Below, in pieces: positions 47,866 to 56,763 of a stretch of 64,000 bases of DNA. The stretch is from the NCBI GenBank assembly GCA_963718235.1, contig CAVQYR010000002.1, positions 384,001 through 448,000 of the forward strand, read 5' to 3'. How positions within the stretch are numbered: position 1 is the stretch's first letter; each line of letters opens with the position of its first letter. The position numbers and the translations under genes were made by a program. Below the pieces are notes generated by a model. That model did not search any database, had not been told where the DNA came from, and saw only the letters and a program-made list of their open reading frames with translations. The DNA is from an uncultured Actinomycetota bacterium. Lineage in GTDB: Bacteria; Actinomycetota; Actinomycetes; JAHEKZ01.

Positions 47866-47929
47866 GCCAACCTCCGTCATCTGCAGGACCCGGCACGCAC
47901 CAGCCCGGAGCGCGGGCTGCAGGTGCAGG

Positions 47930-48568
47930 CTAACCGAGGCCGTCGGGGTCGGTTTCGCCGGTGCGGGGGAACCCCGAGATGCCCCGCCAGGACAGCGCGC
48001 TGACCAGGGCCACCGCGACGTCCTGAGGGACCGGCCGGCCTCGGGTGAGCCAGTAGCGGGCGGCCACCTGAGCGGCGCCGGTGAGTCCGGTGGCGAGCAG
48101 CATCGATGCCGCGTCGTCCAGGCCGGTGTCCTCGGCGATGACCGCGCTGACGGCCAGCGCGCAGGCGTGGTCGGCCCGGTCGACCCGCTCCCGGACGGCC
48201 GGTTCGGCGGTGAGGTCGGACTCGAAGACCAACCGGAAGGCGCCGGCCTGCTCGGCGACGAAGGCGAAGTAGGCGGCGATGGTGCCCTCGACCCGCAGCT
48301 TGTTGTCGGTGGTCGAGGCGAGCGCCTCGGCGACGGCCGCCACCAGCTGGTCGGTGCCGGCGTCGAGCAAGGCCAGGTAGAGGTCCAGCTTCCCGGGGAA
48401 ATGCTGGTAGAGGACGGGTTTGCTGACCCCGGCCCGCTCGGCGATGTCGTCCATCGCGGCGGCGTGGTAGCCCTGGGCCACGAAGGTCTCCAGGGCAGCG
48501 GCCAGCAGCTGTTGGCGTCGCTCGACCCGGGGGAGGCGCACCCCCCTGGTGCCACTGGCCACGGTCAT
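47930..48568 (-). CDS. TetR family regulator (syntenic with mycobacterial Rv3208/FasR)
   Basis: RLPR.ERRQQLL...GYHAAAMDDIAERAGVSKPVLYQHFPGK...FRLVFESD...WRGISGFP. Confidence 0.92.
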   Translation of the reverse strand: MTVASGTRGVRLPRVERRQQLLAAALETFVAQGYHAAAMDDIAERAGVSKPVLYQHFPGKLDLYLALLDAGTDQLVAAVAEALASTTDNKLRVEGTIAAYFAFVAEQAGAFRLVFESDLTAEPAVRERVDRADHACALAVSAVIAEDTGLDDAASMLLATGLTGAAQVAARYWLTRGRPVPQDVAVALVSALSWRGISGFPRTGETDPDGLG

Positions 48569-48611
48569 GGCCGGCGAGCCTACCCCCAGGGCTACTCGTT
48601 GGTAACCGCGC

Positions 48612-48785
48612 TCAGCGGTACTCGTCCTCGTCGATCGGCACTTCCAGGGCGCCGTCGAGCGCATCGGCCTCGTCGAGCTCGGCCTGGTCGTCGAGCTCGG
48701 CCTGAACCGTCGTCTCCACCTCGGCGAGCTCCGCTGACGGCTCACCGACCTCGACCGGATCCACGCGTGGGCTGGAGTCGGACAT
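48612..48785 (-). CDS. 57-aa acidic small protein (absent from the ORF track)
   Basis: GAGGAGG RBS + ATG; MSDSSPRVDPVEVGEPSAELAEVETTVQAELDDQAELDEADALDGALEVPIDEDEYR; GC3-biased codons. Confidence 0.7.
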   Translation of the reverse strand: MSDSSPRVDPVEVGEPSAELAEVETTVQAELDDQAELDEADALDGALEVPIDEDEYR

Positions 48786-49041
48786 GGGACCTCCTCGGTG
48801 GGGCCTTCCACGCTACGCCTGGTGCCCGGCCGCCAGAACGGCCCCTCGATTGGGGTCCGGATTGGGTCGAGTGGGTGACGCGCGGTGCCGAAAGAGAGCA
48901 AGGGGGCGGGATTTGCCGCCACGGTTTGTCACACTGCCCCTGGGGGTCTCTTTCGAAACGGGCGGACCGAACGTGCGGACCGACCATGCGGACGGAGATC
49001 GGATCGGTCGTGAGGCCGCGGACGAGCATGAGGGGACGACG

Positions 49042-50049
49042 GTGACGAACAGCGCAACTCTGCTGTCGGCCCTGCGCGCCGTGCCGGGCGTGGCCACGGC
49101 CGACATCGAGCCCGACGAGCGTCCGGACGGCGCGGGCACGCTGCGCCTCCAGCTCGACCCCGGGGCCGACGAGGTCGCGGTGGCGACGAGCGTCAACCGG
49201 GTGCTGCGCGAGCAGTTCGGTCTCGCCGTCGACGCCAACCGGGTGCAGGTCGTCGAGGAGGCTGCACCGGCGCGCCGCGCCGACCTGCCCGCCGACCCGT
49301 TGACCGCCCCGATCGGCGACGTCCTGGCCCAGGCCGCACCCCCGCAGCCGACCGCGGAGTCGGCTACCCAGCCGGGCGAGGAGCCGGTGTCGTCGCGCCC
49401 CACGCTGACCGCGGTTCCCGGGTACCTCGGCACCGCCCACGGAGAGGCCGAGCCCGAGCCCGAGCCGGAGGGTGGCGCTTCGGCTCCGATCGGCTTCGAC
49501 CAGGGGCTGGGCGAATTCACCACCGGGCTGGCCCCTGCGTCGTTCGACACCGCTGCGGAGCCGTTCCTGCCCGACCAGGCACTCGTCGACACGGTGGAGA
49601 CGGCCTCGGACCAGGCCTCCGAGGAGGATGCGGAATCGGTCACGCTCCCCGCGCGCAGCCCCCGGATCCTGATCGCCCGGATGCAGCTGGTCTCCGCCGG
49701 GCTCGGTGTGACCACCGAGGTCACCTTGTCCTGGCTCGGCGACGCCTTCGCCGGACAGTCGGCGGCTGCGGCCACTCCGACCAGCGTGCACCGGTCGGTG
49801 GCCCAGGCCACGCTGCGCGCGGTCGAGTCGGTGGTGGGCAACCGGGCCCGGTTCGAGCTCGAGCAGCTCGAGATCAACCAGCTCGGCCCGGATCGGGCGG
49901 TCGTGGTCGTGGTGTCGATGCTCACCAAGGCCGGCTCGGAGCGGTTGACCGGTGTGTCGGTCGTGCGTGAAGACGTCCGGCAGGCGGTGATCCGCGCCAC
50001 CCTCGACGCCCTGAACCGGCGTCTGGAGTCGTTGCTGCTGTCGGCCTGA
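49042..50049 (+). CDS. Hypothetical protein: small N-domain, acidic Pro-rich linker, C-terminal alpha/beta domain
   Basis: GAGGGG RBS + GTG; C-terminus ...SVAQATLRAV...LTGVSVVREDVRQAVIRATLDALNRRL. Confidence 0.75.
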   Translation: MTNSATLLSALRAVPGVATADIEPDERPDGAGTLRLQLDPGADEVAVATSVNRVLREQFGLAVDANRVQVVEEAAPARRADLPADPLTAPIGDVLAQAAPPQPTAESATQPGEEPVSSRPTLTAVPGYLGTAHGEAEPEPEPEGGASAPIGFDQGLGEFTTGLAPASFDTAAEPFLPDQALVDTVETASDQASEEDAESVTLPARSPRILIARMQLVSAGLGVTTEVTLSWLGDAFAGQSAAAATPTSVHRSVAQATLRAVESVVGNRARFELEQLEINQLGPDRAVVVVVSMLTKAGSERLTGVSVVREDVRQAVIRATLDALNRRLESLLLSA

Positions 50050-50051
50050 CC

Positions 50052-51077
50052 GTGTCGGCGTCCGTCCACCGGTCAGCGCGCTCCTTGCTGCACCCCGTTC
50101 CACCGAGCGAGCTTGCTGCCGGGTGGGACCGCGCCACCACCGCGCCGTGGCCCGGAGGCGTCGAGACGTTCGGGGACACCACGCTGCACGTGCGGCGCGC
50201 AGAGCCGGTCTCCCCGTCGGCGCGAACCCTCCTTCCGGCGGTCTTCGTGCACGGCCTGGGTGGGCACGCCATGAACTGGACCGACCTCATGGCGCTCCTG
50301 CGCCACCGGGTGGTGGGTGTCGCCCCGGACCTGCCGGGGTTCGGGCGCTCCGGTCCGCCGTCCGACCACGACTACTCACTCGACGCGATGGTTGCCGCCA
50401 TGCTGGCCGTGGTGGAGCGGGAGGCGACCACACACGCAAGCCCCGTCGTGCTGTTCGGCAACTCGTTGGGTGGAGCCGTGTGCGTGCGGTTGGCCGCCAC
50501 CCGGCCCGACCTGGTCTCGAGCCTGGTGCTCGTCTCCCCTGCGCTTCCGGACCTGCGGCCACGACGCGGGATCCTCGGGGTCCCGGTGCTGGCTGTCCCT
50601 GGCGTGGGGGAGCAGATGTGGCGCCAGCTGGCCAGGCTCCCGGCCGAGCGTCAGGTGCAGGCGATGCTCGCGGTGAACTTCGGCGACCCGTCGGTGATCC
50701 CGCAGGTGCGGCTGGACGAGGCCGCCGAGGAGTACCGGCACCGCTTCACCCTCCCCTATGCCGGCGAGGCGCTGTCGGCGACGACGCGTGGGCTGCTGCG
50801 CGCCTTCGTCGACCCTGGTCCTCGCGGACTGTGGCGTCAGGCAGCGTCCCTGCGGTGCCCCACGCTGCTCGTCTACGGCGGGCGTGACCAGCTCGTCGAC
50901 GTGAGGCGGTCCAGACGCGCAGCCCGGGTCATCCCGCACTCCCGCCTGGTCGTGCTTCCCGGCGTCGGGCACGTCGCGCAGATCGAACAGCCGGCACTGG
51001 TCGCCCGCTTCACCCTCGGATTCCTCGACCAGGTCCTCGACGTCGGAGGTACCGCCTCGCTACCGTCGCGCACGTGA
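50052..51077 (+). CDS. Alpha/beta fold hydrolase
   Basis: VFVHGLGG, DLPGFG, GNSLGG, GGRD, GHVAQIE. Confidence 0.9.
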   Translation: MSASVHRSARSLLHPVPPSELAAGWDRATTAPWPGGVETFGDTTLHVRRAEPVSPSARTLLPAVFVHGLGGHAMNWTDLMALLRHRVVGVAPDLPGFGRSGPPSDHDYSLDAMVAAMLAVVEREATTHASPVVLFGNSLGGAVCVRLAATRPDLVSSLVLVSPALPDLRPRRGILGVPVLAVPGVGEQMWRQLARLPAERQVQAMLAVNFGDPSVIPQVRLDEAAEEYRHRFTLPYAGEALSATTRGLLRAFVDPGPRGLWRQAASLRCPTLLVYGGRDQLVDVRRSRRAARVIPHSRLVVLPGVGHVAQIEQPALVARFTLGFLDQVLDVGGTASLPSRT

Positions 51078-51982
51078 CCACCGACCTCGACGTCCTGCTG
51101 GACCAGATCGAGGTCCTGCGGGGCCGGGAGCGTGAGGTGTCCGAGCTCAGCGGTGGGCTCACGAACAAGAACTACCGGGTGCGCACCGACGACGGTGACT
51201 ACGTGGTGCGCGTCTCGGAGTCGTCGGCGGGCCTCCTGGCCATCGACCGCGAGCGCGAGCGGACGAACACGGCCGTGGCCGCCCGTTCCGGGGTGGGTGC
51301 GCCGGTGATCGAGTCCCTGCCGCAGCACAACGTGCTGGTGGTCGGCTTCCTCCAGGGGCGGACGTACTCGGAGAAGGACGTCCGCGACCCGGCGACCATC
51401 CCGCGCATCGCCGAAGCGGTGCGGACCCTTCACTCGGGAGAGGCCTTCGTCGGCGATTTCGACATGCGTCAGATCCGTCGCTACTACCTGTCCGTGGTGC
51501 AGGAGCGCGGCTTTCGGCTGCCCGATGACTACCTGTCTCTCGGGGCGCGGGTCGAGGCGCTGGAGGACGCGATGAACGCGCACAAGGAGCCTCTCGTCCC
51601 CTGCAACAACGACCTGCTGGCCGGCAACTTCATCGACGACGGCACGAAGATCTGGCTCATCGACTACGAGTACGCGGGCATGAACGAGGCCAGCTTCGAG
51701 CTCGGGAACATCGCCAGCGAGTCCGGTCTGGACGACGAGGCCACGGCCCTGCTCGTCCGGTCGTACTGGCAGCGGGAGTCGGTGGCCAAGCTGGCCCGGG
51801 CGCGAGCCTGGTCGCTGCTCGCTCGCTACGGCTGGACCCTTTGGGCGTCGATCCAGGACGGCGCCTCGACCCTCGACTTCGACTTCTGGTCCTGGGGCAT
51901 GGCCAAGTACGACTCGGCGCATGCGGAGCTGCTGAGTCGCCGGTACGACGAGATCCTGCTGGGGCTGAGCGCCGATGACTGA
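51074..51982 (+). CDS. Choline/ethanolamine kinase family protein
   Basis: LSGGLTNKNY, Brenner-type CNNDLLAGNF, LIDYEYAG. Confidence 0.88.
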   Translation: MTTDLDVLLDQIEVLRGREREVSELSGGLTNKNYRVRTDDGDYVVRVSESSAGLLAIDRERERTNTAVAARSGVGAPVIESLPQHNVLVVGFLQGRTYSEKDVRDPATIPRIAEAVRTLHSGEAFVGDFDMRQIRRYYLSVVQERGFRLPDDYLSLGARVEALEDAMNAHKEPLVPCNNDLLAGNFIDDGTKIWLIDYEYAGMNEASFELGNIASESGLDDEATALLVRSYWQRESVAKLARARAWSLLARYGWTLWASIQDGASTLDFDFWSWGMAKYDSAHAELLSRRYDEILLGLSADD

Positions 51983-54434
51983 GCACGCCGACCTGCCCAG
52001 CCGGGCCCGGATCGTGGTCATCGGTGGGGGTGTGGGTGGCACCAGCGTGGCGTACCACCTCGCCCAGCGTGGCGAGCGCGACGTGCTGCTCGTCGAGCGC
52101 TCGGAGCTGACCAGCGGATCGACCTTCCACTCGGCCGGGCTCGTGGGCCAGCTGCGCGGCTCGGTGACGCTGACCCGGATGATGATGTACAGCGCCGAGC
52201 TGTACCGCCGGCTGGCCGCGAACCCCGAGACCGACCCGGGGTGGGTCGAGTGCGGCGGGCTGCGGCTCGCGTCCTCCCAGCCTCGGCTCGAGGAGCTGCA
52301 GCGTCAGGTGGGTTGGGCGGAGACGTTCGGGCTTGAGCTGCAACAGGTGTCGGCCGAGGAGGCGCAAGGGCTGTTCCCCCTCATGTCCACCGAGGGAGTG
52401 CTCGGCGCCACGTTCCTGCCGACCGATGGCTACCTCGACCCCTCGCAGCTGACCTACGCCCTGGCCAAGGGCGCCAGGGCGGGGGGGACCACGGTGGCCG
52501 AGCGCACCCGGGTCGTGGCCATCGACCAGACCCCCGACCGCGACGCCCGATTCCTCGTGCGCACGGACCGGGGCGACGTCGAGGCCGACGTCGTCGTCGA
52601 CGCCGCCGGCATGTACGGGGCGCAGCTCGCCCGCCTGGTCGGCGTGCGGGTACCGATCATCCCGATGTCGCACCAGTACGTCGTCACCCAGCCCTTTCGC
52701 GACGTCTCCGACGGGCACCGGCTGCCGACCCTGCGCGACCCCGACCTGCTCGTGTACTACCGCGAGGACGCCGCCGGTCTGGTCATGGGCGGGTACGAAC
52801 GGCAGTCCCAGCCGTTCGCCCTGCGCGGCGACGGGTGGGATGACGTGCCCCCGGACTTCAACGGTCGGCTGCTCGCGGAGGACTGGTCGCGGCTGGAGGA
52901 GATCTTCGAGAACTCGGTGACCCGGGTGCCTGCCATGGCCGACGTGACGATCCGCAAGGTGATCAACGGTCCCGAGGGGTTCACCCCGGACAACGAGTTC
53001 TGCCTGGGTGAGACCGACGTGCCGGGGTTCTTCGTGGCTGCCGGGTTCTGCGCGCACGGGATCGCGGGTGCCGGTGGCATGGGCCTGGCGATGGCCAACT
53101 GGGTGCTGGACGCCGACCCCGGCTTCGACCTGTGGGAGATGGACGTCCGCCGCTTCGGTCGGCAGTACCGCTCGCCGCACTACACCCGCAAGCGGGTGGT
53201 GGAGAACTACGAGACCTACTACGACATCAAGTACCCCGGGCACGAACGGCAGGCAGGGCGGCCGCTGAAGACCGGGCCCGCCTACCCCTGGCACGTCGAG
53301 CACGGAGCGTTCTTCGGTGAGAAGAGCGGCTGGGAGCGGGTGAACTACTACACGGTCAACGAGGACCCGTCCTTGGAGCACCTGCGACCGCGGGGGTGGG
53401 CCGGCATCAACTGGTCGACCGCGGTCGCGGTGGAGCACCGGGCGGCCCGGCGGTCGGTGGCCCTGTTCGACGAGTCGTCGTTCGCCAAGCTCGAGGTGAC
53501 CGGCGAGGGGGCCGCGTCGCTGATGGAGTGGCTGTGCGACAACCGGGTCGTCAAGGGCCCGGGTCGGATGACGTACACCCAGATGCTCAACCGGCTTGGT
53601 GGGGTGGAGGCCGACGTCACCGTCACCCAGGTCGACGACGAGACGTTCCTCGTGGTCACCGGGACGGCGTTCGGCGCCCACGACCTCTCCTGGATCAAGC
53701 GGCACGCTCCCGGCGACGTCGTCGTGCGCGACGTCACCGGCTCCTCGGTGGTCTTCGGGCTGTGGGGCCCGCTGGCCCGCGACCTGCTGCAGCCGCTCAC
53801 GCCGCAGGCGTTGGACAACGCCTCCTTCCCGTTCCTGCACGCCCGCGACACGACCGTGGCCGACGCCCCGTCCCGGCTGCACCGGGTCACCTTCGTGGGC
53901 GAGCTGGGCTGGGAGATCCACGCGCCGGCCGAGTACGGGCTGTCCCTGTGGCGAGCCCTGTGGGACGCCGGCCGGGTGCACGGGCTGGTCGCTGCCGGCT
54001 ACAAGGCGATCGACTCGCTGCGTGCCGAGAAGGGCTACCGCTACTGGGGCTCGGACGTGACCCCGGACGAGACACCGGACGAGGCCGGGCTGGGGTTCTG
54101 CGTCCGGCTCGACAAGGAGTTCCTCGGGCGAGACGCGGTTGTCGCGGGCAGGGCAGCGGCCCCGGGCCGGCGGCTGGTCTGCGTGACCCTGGACGACCCA
54201 CGGCAGGTGGTCCTCGGGAACGAGCCGGTGCGGGTGGCCGGGGAGACGCTGGGGCGGGTGACGACCGGGTCGCCGGGGTACAGCCTCGACGTCTCGATCG
54301 CCTTCGCGTACCTGCCGGCGACGCACGCGACCGTCGGCACGCAGGTGGAGATCCTGGTGTTCGGTGAGTGGGTGCGCGGCGAGATCCGGGCCGAGCCGCT
54401 GTACGACCCCGAGCACACGACGATCAGGGTCTGA
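51975..54434 (+). CDS. FAD-dependent oxidoreductase with GcvT domain (dimethylglycine/sarcosine dehydrogenase-like)
   Basis: VIGGGVGG, LTSGSTFHSAG, NGPEGFTPD, GWER, YTQMLN, VTFVGELGWE, SLRAEKGYR. Confidence 0.92.
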   Translation: MTEHADLPSRARIVVIGGGVGGTSVAYHLAQRGERDVLLVERSELTSGSTFHSAGLVGQLRGSVTLTRMMMYSAELYRRLAANPETDPGWVECGGLRLASSQPRLEELQRQVGWAETFGLELQQVSAEEAQGLFPLMSTEGVLGATFLPTDGYLDPSQLTYALAKGARAGGTTVAERTRVVAIDQTPDRDARFLVRTDRGDVEADVVVDAAGMYGAQLARLVGVRVPIIPMSHQYVVTQPFRDVSDGHRLPTLRDPDLLVYYREDAAGLVMGGYERQSQPFALRGDGWDDVPPDFNGRLLAEDWSRLEEIFENSVTRVPAMADVTIRKVINGPEGFTPDNEFCLGETDVPGFFVAAGFCAHGIAGAGGMGLAMANWVLDADPGFDLWEMDVRRFGRQYRSPHYTRKRVVENYETYYDIKYPGHERQAGRPLKTGPAYPWHVEHGAFFGEKSGWERVNYYTVNEDPSLEHLRPRGWAGINWSTAVAVEHRAARRSVALFDESSFAKLEVTGEGAASLMEWLCDNRVVKGPGRMTYTQMLNRLGGVEADVTVTQVDDETFLVVTGTAFGAHDLSWIKRHAPGDVVVRDVTGSSVVFGLWGPLARDLLQPLTPQALDNASFPFLHARDTTVADAPSRLHRVTFVGELGWEIHAPAEYGLSLWRALWDAGRVHGLVAAGYKAIDSLRAEKGYRYWGSDVTPDETPDEAGLGFCVRLDKEFLGRDAVVAGRAAAPGRRLVCVTLDDPRQVVLGNEPVRVAGETLGRVTTGSPGYSLDVSIAFAYLPATHATVGTQVEILVFGEWVRGEIRAEPLYDPEHTTIRV

Positions 54435-54470
54435 CCACCCTTGACGCGGCACCGGCGAGAAGATGACGCG

Positions 54471-55202
54471 GTGACTGCCGACCTGCCACGGGCCCTCCTT
54501 CGCCCGGACCGCGACGGCAACGCGTTCGAGCAGGCGGTCGGCCGCCTGGCCGAGGCGATCAAGCTCGGGGTCTTCGCGCCCGGCGACCGGCTCCCGGCCG
54601 AGCGGGACCTCGCCGAGCTGATGCAGGTCAGCCGGATGACCCTGCGCGAGGCCCTGGCCGCGCTGCGTGAGGCAGGGTTCGTCGAGACCCGCCGTGGCCG
54701 GGCCGGTGGCACGTACGTCTGCGCCGACCCCCAGCCACGAACGGCTGCTGGGTGGAGCACTGCGCCGGACGTGCTCCGGCGAAGCGGCCGGCGCCTCGAC
54801 GACGCCCTGGACTTCCGTCGGGTGGTGGAACCGGGGGCCGCCGAGCTGGCCGCCTCCCGGCCGCTGGACACGAGCGAACGTCGTCGGCTGCTCGACGCGC
54901 TGCTGGCGGTGGAGCGCGCGACCGACGACGGACGACGCCGGATCGCCGACGCGCAGCTCCACCTGGCCATCGCCCAGGTGGCCGGGAGCGACAGCCTGAC
55001 CGCAGCCGTTGCCGACGCCCAGATCCGGCTCGGGGAGCTCTTGGCGTCGATCCCGGTCCTGCGCCGCAACATCGCGCACTCCAACGCCCAGCACCGGGCG
55101 ATCGTCACCGCGATCGTCGCGGGGGACCCGACCGGGGCCCGGGCGGCCATGGTCGAGCACTGCGACGGCACGGCGGCGCTGCTGCGGGGTCTGCTCGGCT
55201 GA
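54471..55202 (+). CDS. GntR/FadR family transcriptional regulator
   Basis: GDRLPAERDLA..MQVSRMTLREAL...TRRGRAGG; FCD domain. Confidence 0.92.
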   Translation: MTADLPRALLRPDRDGNAFEQAVGRLAEAIKLGVFAPGDRLPAERDLAELMQVSRMTLREALAALREAGFVETRRGRAGGTYVCADPQPRTAAGWSTAPDVLRRSGRRLDDALDFRRVVEPGAAELAASRPLDTSERRRLLDALLAVERATDDGRRRIADAQLHLAIAQVAGSDSLTAAVADAQIRLGELLASIPVLRRNIAHSNAQHRAIVTAIVAGDPTGARAAMVEHCDGTAALLRGLLG

Positions 55203-55238
55203 GCCCGGCGCAGCGGGGCGACACCGGCGCGGGAATTG

Positions 55239-55288
55239 AAAAGATCTGGTTGTGGACCATTGATTCGGCCGGACGGCGCCGATAGCGT
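55239..55288 (+). promoter_or_regulatory. Sigma-A-type promoter of the glnA4-like operon with an adjacent GntR-type operator
   Basis: TTGATT (55260-55265)-17 bp-TAGCGT (55283-55288); imperfect inverted repeat AAAGATCTGGTTGTGGACCATT abutting the -35. Confidence 0.55.
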
Positions 55289-55343
55289 CCGCACCGTCCC
55301 TTCGTGGGACCCCAGCGGACGCACGCGGCTCGAAGGAGTGCCC

Positions 55344-56720
55344 ATGAGGCCCGGCATGCTCACCCTGGATGAGCTTCGCGCCCGAATCGACGTCGGGCAG
55401 GTCGACACGGTGCTGGTCGCGATCACCGACATGCAGGGACGGCTCCAGGGCAAGCGCCTGTCCGCCCGCTTCTTCCTCGACGAGGTGCAGCACCACGGCA
55501 CCGAGGGGTGCAACTACCTGATGGCCGTCGACATCGACATGAACACTGTGGGCGGCTACGCGATCTCCTCGTGGGAGCGCGGGTACGGCGACTTCGTCAT
55601 GGCGCCGGACTACTCCACCCTGCGCCATGTCCCCTGGCACGACGGCACGGTCATGGTCCTCGCCGACGTCCAGTGGGAGGACGGCACACCGGTCGCTCCG
55701 TCCCCGCGACAGGTCCTGCGCCGGCAGCTCGACCGGCTGTCGGCGATGGGACTCAAGGCGCTGGTCGGAACCGAGCTGGAGTTCATCGTCTTCCAGGACA
55801 CCTACGAGGAGGCCTGGGACAAGCGCTTCCACGACCTGGTGCCGGCCAACCAGTACAACGTCGACTACTCCGTGCTGGGCACGTCGCGGATCGAGCCGCT
55901 GCTAAGGCGGATCCGGCTCGGTATGGAGGGTGCGGGGCTGTACGCCGAGTCGGTCAAGGGCGAGTGCAACCTCGGACAGCACGAGATCGCCTTCCGCTAC
56001 GCGGAGGCACTGGAGACCTGCGACAACCACACGATCTACAAGACCGGGGCCAAGGAGATCGCTGCCCAGGACGGCTCGGCCCTGACCTTCATGGCGAAGT
56101 TCAACGAGCGCGAGGGCAACTCCTGCCACATCCACATCTCGGTGCGCGGCAACGGCGACGGTCTTCCCGACGACGCCCCGGTCATGGCCGACGCCGATGA
56201 CGCCATGGGGATGTCCGCCCTGGGCAGGAGCTTCATCGCCGGTCAGCTCGCGCATCTGCCCGAGCTCACCTTGATGCTGGCGCCCAACGTGAACTCCTAC
56301 AAGCGGTTCGTCCCGGGCTCGTTCGCACCGACGACGGTGGCCTGGGGGCGGGACAACCGCACGTGTGCCCTGCGCCTCGTCGGCCATGGCCAGTCGCTGC
56401 GGATCGAGAACCGCGTGCCCGGTGGCGACGTGAACCCCTACCTGGCGGTCGCGGCGCTCGTCGCCTCTGGCATCGACGGGATCGAGCGCGAACTGACCCT
56501 GGAGGATCCGTTGCTGGGCAACGCTTACGTGTCCGACGCGCCCCAGGTGCCGCACACGATGGGTGACGCCCGGCGGCTGTGGACGGACTCGGAGTTCACC
56601 CGATCGGCGTTCGGCGACGACGTCGTCGACCACTACGCGAACATGGCCACGGTCGAGCTCGACGACTACAACCGCACGATCACCGACTGGGAGCTGCGCC
56701 GCAACTTCGAGCGGTCCTAG
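55344..56720 (+). CDS. Glutamine synthetase-like gamma-glutamylating ligase (GlnA4 type)
   Basis: DMQGRLQGKR, SSWERGYGD, GTELEF, KGECNLGQHE, FMAK, GNSCHIH, NSYKR, DNRT, ENRVPGGD. Confidence 0.92.
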   Translation: MRPGMLTLDELRARIDVGQVDTVLVAITDMQGRLQGKRLSARFFLDEVQHHGTEGCNYLMAVDIDMNTVGGYAISSWERGYGDFVMAPDYSTLRHVPWHDGTVMVLADVQWEDGTPVAPSPRQVLRRQLDRLSAMGLKALVGTELEFIVFQDTYEEAWDKRFHDLVPANQYNVDYSVLGTSRIEPLLRRIRLGMEGAGLYAESVKGECNLGQHEIAFRYAEALETCDNHTIYKTGAKEIAAQDGSALTFMAKFNEREGNSCHIHISVRGNGDGLPDDAPVMADADDAMGMSALGRSFIAGQLAHLPELTLMLAPNVNSYKRFVPGSFAPTTVAWGRDNRTCALRLVGHGQSLRIENRVPGGDVNPYLAVAALVASGIDGIERELTLEDPLLGNAYVSDAPQVPHTMGDARRLWTDSEFTRSAFGDDVVDHYANMATVELDDYNRTITDWELRRNFERS

Positions 56721-56763
56721 TCCTGCGCCACTCCTGCCACGCACAGTCCACGAGGGGACGACG

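Noticed and set aside
51657-55832. 1391-aa antisense ORF (and similar long shadow ORFs such as 41061-43049 and 39788-41497)
   Set aside because: These lie antisense to well-supported genes; stop-codon scarcity in high-GC DNA explains them, and they show no domain motifs
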